Shown here one piece after another: positions 23,797-35,331 of a DNA stretch of 64,000 bases (the first letter of the stretch is position 1; each line of letters begins with the position of its first letter). The notes below the pieces were generated by a model. That model saw only the letters and a list, made by a program, of their open reading frames with translations. It did no database searches and was not told the origin of the DNA. Source of the stretch: Picochlorum sp. SENEW3 (lineage: Eukaryota). The DNA is taken from contig CP120455.1 in assembly GCA_034226945.1 (NCBI GenBank), forward strand, positions 434,001 through 498,000. Direction: 5' to 3'. Both the position numbers and the translations under genes were made by a program.

Positions 23797-24905
23797 ATGG
23801 CTGAGATGTCTTCATATCGCCTGCGTGCGTTTATGGTATTTTATATAAATGCAACACCTGTGTGTATCTATGTAATGATTAAAAACACATGCGATCGTGG
23901 GCTGTTTGTGGATGGTTGTTGCAGCTGCAAGGACATGTCCATGGATCGTCACAGGTGACTTGGTATCCGGAATATCCAGGCGAATCAGCCAGTTCGATTG
24001 AAATATGTAATGGTGGATTTGGGTTTTCTGTGATTCGCTCGAACAATGGGCTTGTTGTGCTTGTTGGACATGGATTTCAATCTCCATTACCAGGAATTGG
24101 CTCTGTGGAGCCTGTTGTTGGGGTGGCGATCGGGTTTGACCAGATCTATTATGTAAAATTAATAGATGACATAGAATGTGAGATATATAGGGTGACTGTG
24201 ACCAGCCCTGAGAGCATCTGTGCTCCACATGTCAGGACAACAGCTCCACTTCATGTGAGGACCCTGCCGAGGATCAAAAGTATTGCTGCTGGGGAGTCTC
24301 ATTGTGCAATGGTTACGCATGATGGAAGGGTGTTTCAGTATGGGGAAAAAAGTTCTGGGGAGGAGGTGGATATTGGGTGTACAGTGGTTCATGTGTGTTG
24401 TGGATCCCATCATACAGTGGCCTTGTCCAAGGATGGGCAGGTGTGGACATGGGGAGATAGTCTGAGGGGACAGTGTGGACGAGGAATACGAGAGAGTGCT
24501 CCTGGAGTGGTGGACTTTGGTCCTGTGAAGATGCGGCATATTGCTGCTGGGTCTTCGTTTACCCTGTCATGTTCAGATACAGGTGATGTGTATAGTTGGG
24601 GGACGAATGCCGAGGGAGCGTTGGGTCAATCTTTTGAAGGCGTGTCGTCGGCGTACGAGCCCATGTTGGTTGATTTTTTTGGTGTGGATGGTAGGGACGT
24701 TGTCAAACTGGCTGCAGGATCCAGCCATGCTCTTGCTCTGACTGCCAATGGGGTGGTCTATGGGTTTGGAAGCAATCGATTTGGTCAGCTGGGTGTCGGA
24801 CAGCACGTTACAAAGACGCATACGCCGATACAGATCGGTCTACAGAAGACGTGTCATGATGTAGCAGCTGGATGGTGGCACTCTGTATTTGTTACAGAGG
24901 CATAA
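23797..24905 (+). CDS. RCC1-repeat protein; start and first intron (about 23825/23836-23924) uncertain
   Basis: Repeated AAGESH, CGSHHT, VWTWG..GQCG, AAGWWHS RCC1 units. Confidence 0.8.
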
Positions 24906-24921
24906 AAAATGATTCATTTAT

Positions 24922-26031
24922 TTATATTATTTGATCAGAGGTATTCCGAGGGACGACAGATGCATCGAGTTGCAACGTGTCATAAAACCATGCCCATTTC
25001 TCTGGAGAAATATCAGCACCCATGCATTGGATGACGGCAGATCCAGAGAGAGAACCCAGCCGCAGTGCTGTTGTCAGTTCAAAGCCTTGCAGTAAACCCC
25101 ACAGCACGCCAGCGGAAAAGGCATCGCCTGCTCCTGTGACATCTTCAATTGATTCAACTTTGTATGCTTCCTGATGAAATCGAACGACGGCATCGCCGTC
25201 TTTGTAGAATAAAGATGACCCATCTTTGCCCTGGGTGACAATCACCTTGCTGGCACCATGGTCCAGCAAGCATTGTGCACCTTTTTCAATTGTCGGATTG
25301 ACACACTCTTGTCCAATCATGGCAACTTTTTTTGCTTCGTCTTCGTTGCAAAAGCAAATCTCCACGGGGGACTTTTCTAGAATGTTCAATAATCTGTCCC
25401 CAAACTTCTCAACAATGTCCCAGGATGCAAGATCACATACAATGTGGCATCCTGCTGCCTGCCCTAATTCAACGATTTTCTCCACCAATCCCTGTTGGTA
25501 GAAGCAGTATAAAGAAACGAACACGTATCGTGCACCTCGGATGTGCTCTATCGTCAAGTTCTCAGGTGTCAACTTTGCTGCATTCTCAAACATGGTCCTC
25601 ATGGTTCTCATTTCATTGCAGGTAACGACACAACAGCACCCTGTGTTGCCTTCCTTTTCGTACAGACATGAAGTATCGACTCCTTTGTTTTTCATACTCT
25701 GTTCAAACAGAGCTCCCCACTCGTCTGCACCCATTGCACCTACAATCTTCCCCTTGACTCGACCAACCCCACGTCCAACAAAACTTGCCAGAGTCCTCAG
25801 CACATTCGACGCCGACCCACCCGGTCTAGATTCATACGAAGCAGCTTTTGAGAGTATAGTTTTGAGTTCCTGGGCTGATACCGGTCGAGATCCTCCTACA
25901 TCATCGGATGAATGGATCAACTCTTTCATGCTGAGCATATCAGGTACTTTGATAATGTGATCTATTATGCTGACTGGTTGCACCGTCACGATATCGCATC
26001 GATTCGATGACGATGGTGGATTCTGGTCCAT
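24922..26031 (-). CDS. pfkB/ribokinase-family kinase
   Basis: PGGSASN, NEDEA, VTQGKDG, DVTGAGDAF. Confidence 0.9.
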   Translation of the reverse strand: MDQNPPSSSNRCDIVTVQPVSIIDHIIKVPDMLSMKELIHSSDDVGGSRPVSAQELKTILSKAASYESRPGGSASNVLRTLASFVGRGVGRVKGKIVGAMGADEWGALFEQSMKNKGVDTSCLYEKEGNTGCCCVVTCNEMRTMRTMFENAAKLTPENLTIEHIRGARYVFVSLYCFYQQGLVEKIVELGQAAGCHIVCDLASWDIVEKFGDRLLNILEKSPVEICFCNEDEAKKVAMIGQECVNPTIEKGAQCLLDHGASKVIVTQGKDGSSLFYKDGDAVVRFHQEAYKVESIEDVTGAGDAFSAGVLWGLLQGFELTTALRLGSLSGSAVIQCMGADISPEKWAWFYDTLQLDASVVPRNTSDQII

Positions 26032-26500
26032 CCTTTTGTGTGCTCCGATAGGACTGGGTGTGTAAAAATAATTGAAGGCTTCCCAGCAACAGTGAATGAT
26101 CCAGGTCTGACAAGACGCTCGTCAATTCATACTACGCCTGGTTTCCTTCTCATTGGTGCCCACGTTCACCAAGAGTTTAGAGAATATCGCAGGGAAGGGA
26201 AAACGATCCCATTTGATGCACATTGCCGCAGCATGTGCCGAGGAGTTCCGTTGTTAAAATTTAAAAACACAAGAGGCGGTTTATCCAATTGAGACCACTA
26301 TCACACCCGTTTGGGCATTATGTGATACAATAAAAATTAAAAAATAGTCCTGCTTCTGTGCTCATCATCCCAGTGGGGAAGCTGAGCGGCAGCGACGATT
26401 AAAGAGACAAATTCGAGGTTGCAAGGATAGATTTGCATGGTAGAGACAAGAAAATGCAATAGCGCACACCGAATAGATTGATAAATATTTATAAAAAGTT

Positions 26501-29299
26501 ATGGAAGAGAGTCAAACGCCGACAACGACAACGTCGAGTTTTGACGACGTAGTCCTGCCTGCCCCAGCTGTAAGGCAGTTTCCTCTGATTGGCGATGATC
26601 CAGGCCCAAGGTATGTCGATTAAATTAAAATATTGTACTGAGTGAAACGCCCCGTGGGGGTTTGTTTGAGGAAGGGGCGTGGAGTGTGTCTCATGTGATT
26701 GTTTCTTTTTTCATTTTTTGACTTCAAACGCAGGTGCGGACATACGTTGACGACGATTCTGGGACCTAATGGGGATCCCAGTTCAGCAAAATTGGTACTT
26801 TTTGGAGGGGCAACGGCTCTGGAATGGTCAGGGAAAGGGAGCCCGAATGGCCCACCCACGCCTTCTCCAAATGCTTCTGGCATTCGCTTGGCAGGAGCAA
26901 CCAACGACGTCCACATATTTGATGTTCGTTCGGGTGAATGGAAAAAAGTTGTTCCTCAAGGGGATCCCCCATCTGCTAGGGCAGCGCACGCTGCGGCAGC
27001 TGTTGGAAATATGGTTGTGATTCAGGGTGGCATAGGGCCATCAGGGCTGTCTCCTGAGGATTTACACGTCTTGGATTTTACAGATTTCAACAAACCAAAA
27101 TGGCATAGAGTAATTGTACAAGGTGGGGGTCCAACTGCACGGTATGCGCATTCGCTGGCGCTCGTGGGGAATCGCTTCTTGGTTGTGAGTGGGGGTAATG
27201 ATGGGAAGCAAACATTAGGTGATTCGTGGGCCTTGGATACCTCAGAGAAGCCGTATCAGTGGCGAAAAATAGTACCTGAAAATGGAAACGAGCCTTCCCC
27301 AAGAATGTATGCTGCAGCTGCATCACGTTCTGATGGTTTGCTCTTGTTGTGTGGAGGCAGAGGTGCAAATGGAAGTCCCTTGGCAGATGCATTTGGTTTG
27401 GCTCGCCATAGAGATGGTCGGTGGGAATGGGCAGCGGCCCCAGGGTCTATGCCATCACCGAGATATCAGCATGGATCTGTTTTTATCAATGGGCGTTTGC
27501 ATGTGATGGGTGGCGCGATTGGTGGTGGAAGAATGGTGGAAAAGGCACCGGCAGTTGTCACGCTGGACACATCTCCAGGCATGTGGGTCGGACAGGCTGA
27601 TCCTGGAGCTGAAGGAGATCTCATGAGACGTTGCAGACATGCAGTTGCTTCTATAGGACCATATATATTTATTCATGGTGGTCTGAAGGGTAGCACACTG
27701 CTTGAAGATTTTCTTTTGGCTGAAGATGCAACTGGAGCAGGGGAGCTTTCCGTATGTGACCCAAGGGCTCCTCCCTGGCAGGAATGGATTGCTGCAGCAC
27801 ACGGGGCAGCTGCTGCGCAGCATTTAGCTTCTGCTGCTGCCGAGGAAGCTGAGGCTGCGGCGGCTTTGAATATAAAAAGAGTTGATAACTCTGGGGATTT
27901 GAAGCAAATGGATGCAAGCATGCCTGGTGCAAGAGGATCAGAGCCTCCTGGCTCTGTGAGTCTCGCCCAAAGGCGAGGAGAATTCCCAGCAGGTAGAGAT
28001 ATGCCAACTCCAGATATCCGATTGTATCATAGGGCAGTTGTTGTCGCGCAGGAGCCAGATGGTCAGTTGAGAGGACTCGTTCGGCAGTTGTCAATTGAGC
28101 AGTTCAAAAATGAAGGACGGCGTGTCAGTCTTCTTGATAGCGGTAACGATACACCGGGTGAGCAAAAGGTTTCCCCGGTTTTAGATAGAGCATACTCGGA
28201 AGTGGGAGTTCAGAAGTCATTTTTGCAACTACTGAATCCCAGAGAATGGAGAGAGTCTGAAGATACCAGAGACTTCCCCTACACCTACGAACAAATTGCA
28301 TTGTTATGCGATGCCGCAGAGATCTTGTTCAAATCGGAGGAGACGGTTCTAACGCTTCAAGCACCTGTGAAGATATTTGGTGATTTACATGGGCAATTTG
28401 GAGATTTGATGCGCTTGTTTGATGAGTATGGCACTCCGTCAACTGCTGGAGACATTACATATATTGACTACTTGTTCCTGGGTGATTATGTGGACCGAGG
28501 AGCTCATTCGCTCGAGACAATTTGTCTCCTTCTAGCTTTGAAAGTTGAACATCCCGATCATGTTCATCTGATCAGAGGTAACCATGAAGCTGCAGACATT
28601 AATGCCCTGTTTGGATTTCGACTTGAATGTCTTGAAAGGCTGGGCGAGATTAATGGCATCAAAGCATGGCAGCGGCTAAATGATTTGTTCAACTGGCTTC
28701 CATTGGCTGCCGTCATTGAAGATCGGGTCATATGCATGCATGGCGGCATTGGCCGATCAATCACAACCATTGACCAAATACGAGAGTTGCAGAGACCGCT
28801 GACAATGGAAGACGGTGGCATGGTCTTGATGGATCTCCTATGGTCTGATCCTACCGTCAACGATGCTGTGGAAGGGGTGCAGCCTTCTCCTAGAGGTCCT
28901 GGGCTGGTGACATTTGGACCAGACAGGGTCATGGAATTCTGTGAGAACAATGGGCTGCAAATGATTGTTCGAGCACACGAATGTGTGATGGATGGCTTTG
29001 AAAGGTTTGCGCAAGGTCATTTGATCACTCTGTTTTCGGCTACAAACTATTGTGGAACAGCTAACAATGCCGGTGCAATTTTAGTTCTGGGCAGAGATAA
29101 TGTCATGGTACCAAAATTAATCCACCCTCTACCTCCATCGACTCCTCGTGGAAGCCCAATCAATTCTGATTTAAAGCTTGAGGAAGAACCTCCAACTCCA
29201 TATGCTGGCGCTTCAGACACATGGATGGCATCTGTCAATGAAGAGCGGCCACCAACTCCACCAAGAGGACGTCCAGGAGGCCCATCTGTTTTCATCTAG
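26501..29299 (+). CDS. BSL: Kelch-repeat Ser/Thr phosphatase (BSU1/BSL, PPKL family); intron 26611-26733
   Basis: PGPRCGHTLT kelch start; GDLHGQ, GDYVDRG, RGNHE, SATNYCG phosphatase motifs. Confidence 0.95.
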
Positions 29300-29367
29300 T
29301 ACAACCATACATATTTCCAATAATTTATTGACGTACATCCATACGATTTCTGTAAATTATTATCCAT

Positions 29368-30795
29368 TTACTGCAAGGTAATATCATCCATGTATGGCAA
29401 ACCAGGGCGAGCACCCAGCTTGCAGCATTTCACAGCAGCCACAAGACAACCCAATTCAGCCCCTTTGACTGGAGGCATACCGGCAGCAATGGAGAACAGC
29501 ATTGATCCAATAAAAGCATCCCCAGCTCCCGTAGTATCTACAATTCTCTCGGGAGGAATCTCAGCCGACTCAATGGCAGTCAGGCACAGGAAACGCTGTG
29601 ACGTTGCACCATCACTTTCCAATGGCGACGATTCGTACTTTTCCGGATTGGCAGAGTCTGCATTCATGATTGCAGCCAATTTTGCCGATTCTTTCGCTTT
29701 TCTAATCTCTTCTTCCCTCTTATTCTGATCATTCTCAGATCCAGAGAACATGAAAGGTCCAGATGAGGCAATGGATCTGCTCTGTACTTGGCACTCACTG
29801 TCAATGGTGACAAATGACTTGGTCGTCGTGTTACCTGAAATTTCCCTCAATGTCAACGCTTCTTTGAACAATGACTCTGCGAAAGATCCATCCAAAGCGC
29901 CGACACACGCTGCTTGTCCATGGCACTCGGAAGCATCCAGTTGTTCCAGCAACAAGGCCCCCTTTGAGCCCAGCGTTGTTGCAATCCAGGAGACGTGGGG
30001 GAGTCGATCCATGATGGAGACCATGGCATCATCTATATTATCTTTCCCTGTCCATTCCCTGGGGAACTTTGCTGACGTGACAATGTAATCTGCCTGTTCC
30101 AAAAGCTCATCCAACCCTGGCCGCAATCGCTCTGCTTCCACCAAAATTGGAATATCACGCGCCTTGGCCTCCTTTGCCAGCAGTAAAGCAGCCTCTGCGA
30201 GCCTTCCATCAAAATACACTGCAGATGCATCCTGTAGAATAACATTGATGAGCTCTGATGTCATTTCATCCACAGAAAATGCTTCTCCAGGTGTATGGAT
30301 ACATGTCCTTGTATTTGTCTCTCGATCAACAATAATATACGTGAATGGAGATTTTCCGCTTTTGGATCGCAGCATGTAGTCTGTGTTTACACCATCTGCC
30401 TCAAATTCAGCCAAAATAGCATCTCCCACAGAATCTGCTCCTATTTTGGAGACAATTGTTGGGAGCATCCCCAGCCTTGCAGCCGCTGTGAGGGCATTTC
30501 CACAATTCCCTCCACCTTGCAACTCTAGATTCTCAGTTCGCATCTTGTCATCTGGCTTTGGGAACGAAGCAACTTCTGCCAGATAGTCCATGCCAGCGCT
30601 CCCCATCCCCACAACTTTTTTTACCTGCTGCTTTGGTTCACCCTGAAACTTTCCAGCCATACGGATCCCGTGCGATTTTTTCATTATAAAATTATTACTG
30701 TGATGCATCTGCCCCACATTATGAGCAACATTGGCCCGATGAGAATGAGAAGGAAAGATGAGTGAGCCACATGTGAGTGCCATTGACATTGACAT
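29368..30795 (-). CDS. Plastid-targeted pfkB-family sugar kinase
   Basis: GGGNCGNALTAAARLG, TTLGSKG, DTTGAGDAF; transit-like N-terminus. Confidence 0.9.
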   Translation of the reverse strand: MSMSMALTCGSLIFPSHSHRANVAHNVGQMHHSNNFIMKKSHGIRMAGKFQGEPKQQVKKVVGMGSAGMDYLAEVASFPKPDDKMRTENLELQGGGNCGNALTAAARLGMLPTIVSKIGADSVGDAILAEFEADGVNTDYMLRSKSGKSPFTYIIVDRETNTRTCIHTPGEAFSVDEMTSELINVILQDASAVYFDGRLAEAALLLAKEAKARDIPILVEAERLRPGLDELLEQADYIVTSAKFPREWTGKDNIDDAMVSIMDRLPHVSWIATTLGSKGALLLEQLDASECHGQAACVGALDGSFAESLFKEALTLREISGNTTTKSFVTIDSECQVQSRSIASSGPFMFSGSENDQNKREEEIRKAKESAKLAAIMNADSANPEKYESSPLESDGATSQRFLCLTAIESAEIPPERIVDTTGAGDAFIGSMLFSIAAGMPPVKGAELGCLVAAVKCCKLGARPGLPYMDDITLQ

Positions 30796-31038
30796 GTAGT
30801 ATGTGGGGGGATGATGATGCGAGATTCTTCTTTTTTGGGGGATGGAAAGAATTTCTTCTTTTATTTGACAGCAACGCTCATCCTTGCTTATTATGTATGC
30901 AGTACACATCACATGTGAAGTGCCATCTATGAACTCATTACAGGTAATAGTAATAAAACGTACAATGTATGTAATATGTATGTAAGTATATCAATATAGG
31001 TACCCTATGTCCGCACAAGGGACAAGAATATGAACATT

Positions 31039-33018
31039 TCATGCTACTACTGTCTGTGGAGGACAGACAATCTTTCCATGATTATAGTGGCACACTTGGC
31101 CTTTGGAGAGTTTGGTTCGTTCCTGTGGATGCTCAGATACATCAACAACCATGTGAATTCTCATCTCATCGCCATCATTCTTGACAAAGTGCTTGAGCCG
31201 ATTATTCAACTCAAAGACAATCCCTTCTTCTGTGTGAAGTTTCAGGCATGATGATTGCTCGCACACCTTGAAGGTGACATTTGGATTTGACGCAATGACC
31301 ACGTGAATCCGATGACCCTTTTCCGAGTATCCTCCAGAATCAACATGCGGCTTGATCTCAGAGTGCGCCGGCATTTTCGCGAATTGAACCCTGATGATAT
31401 TTTGGACATCATTCCCGAGCAACCTATGGAGGATTGGTTCCACATGGGTCGAAAACTTTTCTGAATACCATGGGAATTCAAATACATCTTCACCTTGACG
31501 ATCTGAAAAAATCAAATGAATTGCCGACGTTCCTGGCTTGAATTGATTTAAATTTCCTTCCCGCCCTGCCAAGAATGCATTTTCCTTCTTCTGCACCTCT
31601 GGGCTCCACCAATCCTCTGGCATCTGAAGCAATGCCTGCTTCAGTTTGCTCACATCCTCCTTGTACAGGAGCATTTGAACACCACCTGCAAACCCTGTTT
31701 TCCTATTTTTCAGACCATTATCCAGTCGCGGATGCCCACTGTCCCAATATCCGCCGATCTGAGGAGGATATGCCAGCAACGGGTCACCAGGTGGCAGTTC
31801 CATTCCTTGATTCTTCTCTACACCATGCTCATGCGTTGTCATCACTGCTTTCGCAGTACTTTCAATATCCAAATGGGGTGCAGAGACGACATTCAACAAT
31901 CCTTTCGTCGGCAACACTCGTCTCCACAACACCGACTTTGTGTTCAAATCAAATGCCGCAAGCTCACAATTCAACGACTCATCTGCGCGACTCTTTCTCT
32001 CCTGAGAAATGGCTATACCAAAGTACGCAATATCATCCACAATACACAGCCCTTTCAAGTAATACTTTTGCTCAGATATATCAACACTCCACAGGATTTC
32101 TGGACTGGCAACATGTTCCTCTTCGGTGCTCACAATCTGTACTCTTGCAAGAGACCCATGATCAGAATCCAAATAGATCATGTAATCATCCTTCCATCGA
32201 ACAACCCCATGCGCACGAAGCCCAACATTTTTAATACGTTGAACAACCTTTCCATTCCGCACATCCACCTTTACCATGGCAGACTTGCCAAGATTGTGGA
32301 GCATGGCCCACACATGCCCATCATCCGTTGGAGAGAGCGTATTCACGTGCTGTTTCAGTGTAAACAGCTTTAATCGCGACCTCTCCTTCATACTAGGAAA
32401 ATCAAGTACGATTATATCCCCATGTCCTGTGTCACAAACATACACACAATTGCCTTTTCGAACCACATCATGTGTAAACTTTGACTGGATCTGAACCTCG
32501 CTCAGCTCTTCCCCAGTGACGGCATCAATCTCCAGCAAGTATTCTGCAGTACTATCAGGCCTCCAATTATGAGGCCTCGACACAACCCATAAAGTATCTG
32601 TATCCTCTCCTGGAAAACCACCATAATAGATTCCTCTATTCTCATGAAGCACATCCACTGTATCCTGCTGGATGTTGTACCACATGACCCTCCCATGACT
32701 CACAATCAACAGCCTGTCATTGGGACGTTTTCTTCTTCCTTCAGAAGAGTCTCGTTGTTGTGTGTTGCTTCCTGGCTGATCCGACCATCCAGTCGCAAAG
32801 CTCCTTGAAAAATTCCCCTCAGGCCCCCCATGAAATCTATTCACCCCAACGATGAGAAGACATAGCCCACAGAAGAGTGACCCCAAAATTACAGCATGCT
32901 TGATCAATGACCCTCTCTGTCCACCACTCCCTGGATGCACACCTCCTCCTCCTTTGCTCCGCAGTATTATTCCACCCTTCTTCTTCTTCTTGTTGTTGTT
33001 GAAGCTCACAGGAGCCAT
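31039..33018 (-). CDS. Type II membrane protein: beta-propeller-like domain plus Asp/Asn beta-hydroxylase-like 2OG-Fe(II) domain
   Basis: N-terminal TM; C-terminal IKPHVD...RIHVVI...FELNNRLKHFVKN...RIHMVVD. Confidence 0.78.
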   Translation of the reverse strand: MAPVSFNNNKKKKKGGIILRSKGGGGVHPGSGGQRGSLIKHAVILGSLFCGLCLLIVGVNRFHGGPEGNFSRSFATGWSDQPGSNTQQRDSSEGRRKRPNDRLLIVSHGRVMWYNIQQDTVDVLHENRGIYYGGFPGEDTDTLWVVSRPHNWRPDSTAEYLLEIDAVTGEELSEVQIQSKFTHDVVRKGNCVYVCDTGHGDIIVLDFPSMKERSRLKLFTLKQHVNTLSPTDDGHVWAMLHNLGKSAMVKVDVRNGKVVQRIKNVGLRAHGVVRWKDDYMIYLDSDHGSLARVQIVSTEEEHVASPEILWSVDISEQKYYLKGLCIVDDIAYFGIAISQERKSRADESLNCELAAFDLNTKSVLWRRVLPTKGLLNVVSAPHLDIESTAKAVMTTHEHGVEKNQGMELPPGDPLLAYPPQIGGYWDSGHPRLDNGLKNRKTGFAGGVQMLLYKEDVSKLKQALLQMPEDWWSPEVQKKENAFLAGREGNLNQFKPGTSAIHLIFSDRQGEDVFEFPWYSEKFSTHVEPILHRLLGNDVQNIIRVQFAKMPAHSEIKPHVDSGGYSEKGHRIHVVIASNPNVTFKVCEQSSCLKLHTEEGIVFELNNRLKHFVKNDGDEMRIHMVVDVSEHPQERTKLSKGQVCHYNHGKIVCPPQTVVA

Positions 33019-33312
33019 GGAATAATTAATAATTAATGAATGAATTCAACGTTCTTCTTTTTCTCCTTCTTCTTCTTAGTTGTAGTAGTAGAAGTACCTA
33101 ATGTTTTTTGCTTTACATATTCCATATAAAAAGTCGCATTGCGATGTAATGATTGAGAGACAAACGTAAGTAACAGCTGCAGTAGCGATCTTCCATAATA
33201 AGGAAAAAAAGACAAAGGAGATTCTTTTTTGGTTTCGTACCGCCAAAGCCCATCACATTGGATGGGTATCGTGTCCTTCTAGATACATTTTGAAAATACA
33301 GTGTCATTCTAG

Positions 33313-35331
33313 ATGGTGCGTCTGGCTGGGCTCTGTAAAAGCGGAGCACCCACTCTTCTTCTCACAGTGTGTGGCGCTCAGCAACACCCATCATCATTTC
33401 CATCATCACGTCGAAAGGCGGCACATTGTGTTGTTCATAGAAGTAGAATACTACAATCACCACATAAATATACGAGGACGACCAAGGCATCATCATCATC
33501 ATCCGTTGCAGAGAATTGGTCAGAGGTTGCTTGGGACTTTTTTCCTAGACAGGACAAGCTCATGGTGGCAGCATGCTTGGGTATCAATGTGTTGAGTGTG
33601 ATATCGTACGTGTTGGTAGCACCGTGTTTGGGGCGAGTGATTGATGTGATTTCGAATTCATCATCGTATGGAGCATTGGCCAAGGCTGTGGGTGCCTTGA
33701 CCTTGGCGTACATTGTATCCAATTCAACCTTGGCTGCTCAGGTTCGGTTGGCATCGTGTGTTGGTGAGAGGGTGGCGAGCAGAGTTCGCTCGAAATTATT
33801 CGGCACAATGATGTGGACCGATCACTCCGTGGAGGCGGACTCTGGGACCATGATGTCGTGGTTGTCTAACGATGTACAGGTATTACAGACAACCATAACC
33901 AAGCTTCTCGGCGCGCGAGGTATTCGTTCAGGGTTGGAAACAATAGGCATCATATGCGTGCTGATGTGGTTGAACTGGGTGTTGGCGCTCATGCTGTTGA
34001 TATCTGCTCCTGTGCTGACACCCCTTGTGTTGTCTGCTGCCGCCAAGATTAAAAGCTTGTCTGAGAATGTGCAAGCGTCGACGGCACAGACATCGTCTGC
34101 GGCAAGTGAAATCATAGAAAATCAAAAAATAATTAGAGTGAATCAGGCTGAAGATGCTCAGATTGATAGGTTTAGAGGTCTCGTTGATGAACAGAGCAGG
34201 GTGAATACGCAGCTGATTGTGTACCAGTCGCTCTTGGATGTGTCTGGGAGGCTGAGGAATGTATTTTGCGTGTTATTAACGGTAGGATTAGGAGCTCACT
34301 TGGCTCTGATGAATCAAGTGTCGATAGGAACGTGTTATTCGTTTTTTATTTATGGGTTTGGTTTTGCGTTTGCGCTCAGTAATGTTGCGCAGAGCATTGG
34401 GGAAGTGTTCAAAGTGGTGGGGACGATGAAGCAAGTCATGTCTCACTTTATGTCGGACATCTCCTCTTCCAGGAAACAGACATCCAGTGAGAATAATAAT
34501 AATTTGATCAGATCGGGACTGGATGGTATTACTGTCGAGTTTAGGAATGTCTCGTTTACGCACAAGAGTAGTAGTAGTAGTGAGGAGGGGGATTCCTGGT
34601 CCATGGAGAATTTGAACTTTACCATGCCAGCACATACAACCACGGCACTCGTCGGGCCCAGTGGGGGAGGAAAGTCTACAATTGCTTCCTTGCTGCTAGG
34701 ATTTTACAAGCCAACGTCTGGGGAAATTTATGTGGATGGCGTCCCGTTGTCAGAGATTGATCAATCGTGGTGGAAGGAGCAGATTGGCATGGTGGAGCAA
34801 AAGCCTGGGCTCTTGGTCGGCAAGGTATCTGACGTTGTCTCGTATGGAAATGAGGATGCCACGCGTGAGGACATTGTAAAGGTCTTGGAGCAAACGCAAG
34901 CACTGAATTTTGTCAATAATTTACCCAAAGGATTGGACAGCCTTGTTGGTGGTGATGGTATTGGGATCAGCGGAGGACAAGCCCAGCGGCTTGCCCTTGC
35001 TAGAGCATTACTGCGAAAGCCTCGACTGCTGATTTTGGATGAAGCAACCTCGGCGCTGGACGTGAATACAGAGTCTGCTATCAATATATTTGATGCTTCT
35101 CAGGATGACTGTCCAACAACGCTGGTGATTGCCCATAGATTGAACACAGTTCGGGATGCAGACAATATCATTGTTGTCGCTCATGGAAAAATTGTAGAGA
35201 CGGGAACGCATGACGAACTTGTATCAAATACTGATGGCATCTATGCCAGACTTGTCCAAGGAAATAGCACATTCCTTGATGAGGAGGAACATGCCAATGA
35301 GGAGAATCCTGCTGCTGTGGTCGTGTTTTGA
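33313..35331 (+). CDS. Second ABCB-type half transporter (ABCB28-like)
   Basis: TMD plus GPSGGGKS, ISGGQAQR, LILDEAT, AHRL. Confidence 0.92.
   Translation: MVRLAGLCKSGAPTLLLTVCGAQQHPSSFPSSRRKAAHCVVHRSRILQSPHKYTRTTKASSSSSVAENWSEVAWDFFPRQDKLMVAACLGINVLSVISYVLVAPCLGRVIDVISNSSSYGALAKAVGALTLAYIVSNSTLAAQVRLASCVGERVASRVRSKLFGTMMWTDHSVEADSGTMMSWLSNDVQVLQTTITKLLGARGIRSGLETIGIICVLMWLNWVLALMLLISAPVLTPLVLSAAAKIKSLSENVQASTAQTSSAASEIIENQKIIRVNQAEDAQIDRFRGLVDEQSRVNTQLIVYQSLLDVSGRLRNVFCVLLTVGLGAHLALMNQVSIGTCYSFFIYGFGFAFALSNVAQSIGEVFKVVGTMKQVMSHFMSDISSSRKQTSSENNNNLIRSGLDGITVEFRNVSFTHKSSSSSEEGDSWSMENLNFTMPAHTTTALVGPSGGGKSTIASLLLGFYKPTSGEIYVDGVPLSEIDQSWWKEQIGMVEQKPGLLVGKVSDVVSYGNEDATREDIVKVLEQTQALNFVNNLPKGLDSLVGGDGIGISGGQAQRLALARALLRKPRLLILDEATSALDVNTESAINIFDASQDDCPTTLVIAHRLNTVRDADNIIVVAHGKIVETGTHDELVSNTDGIYARLVQGNSTFLDEEEHANEENPAAVVVF

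Noticed and set aside
26501..29299. Brassinosteroid-pathway phosphatase in an alga
   Set aside because: PPKL/BSL phosphatases are already known across green algae and alveolates.
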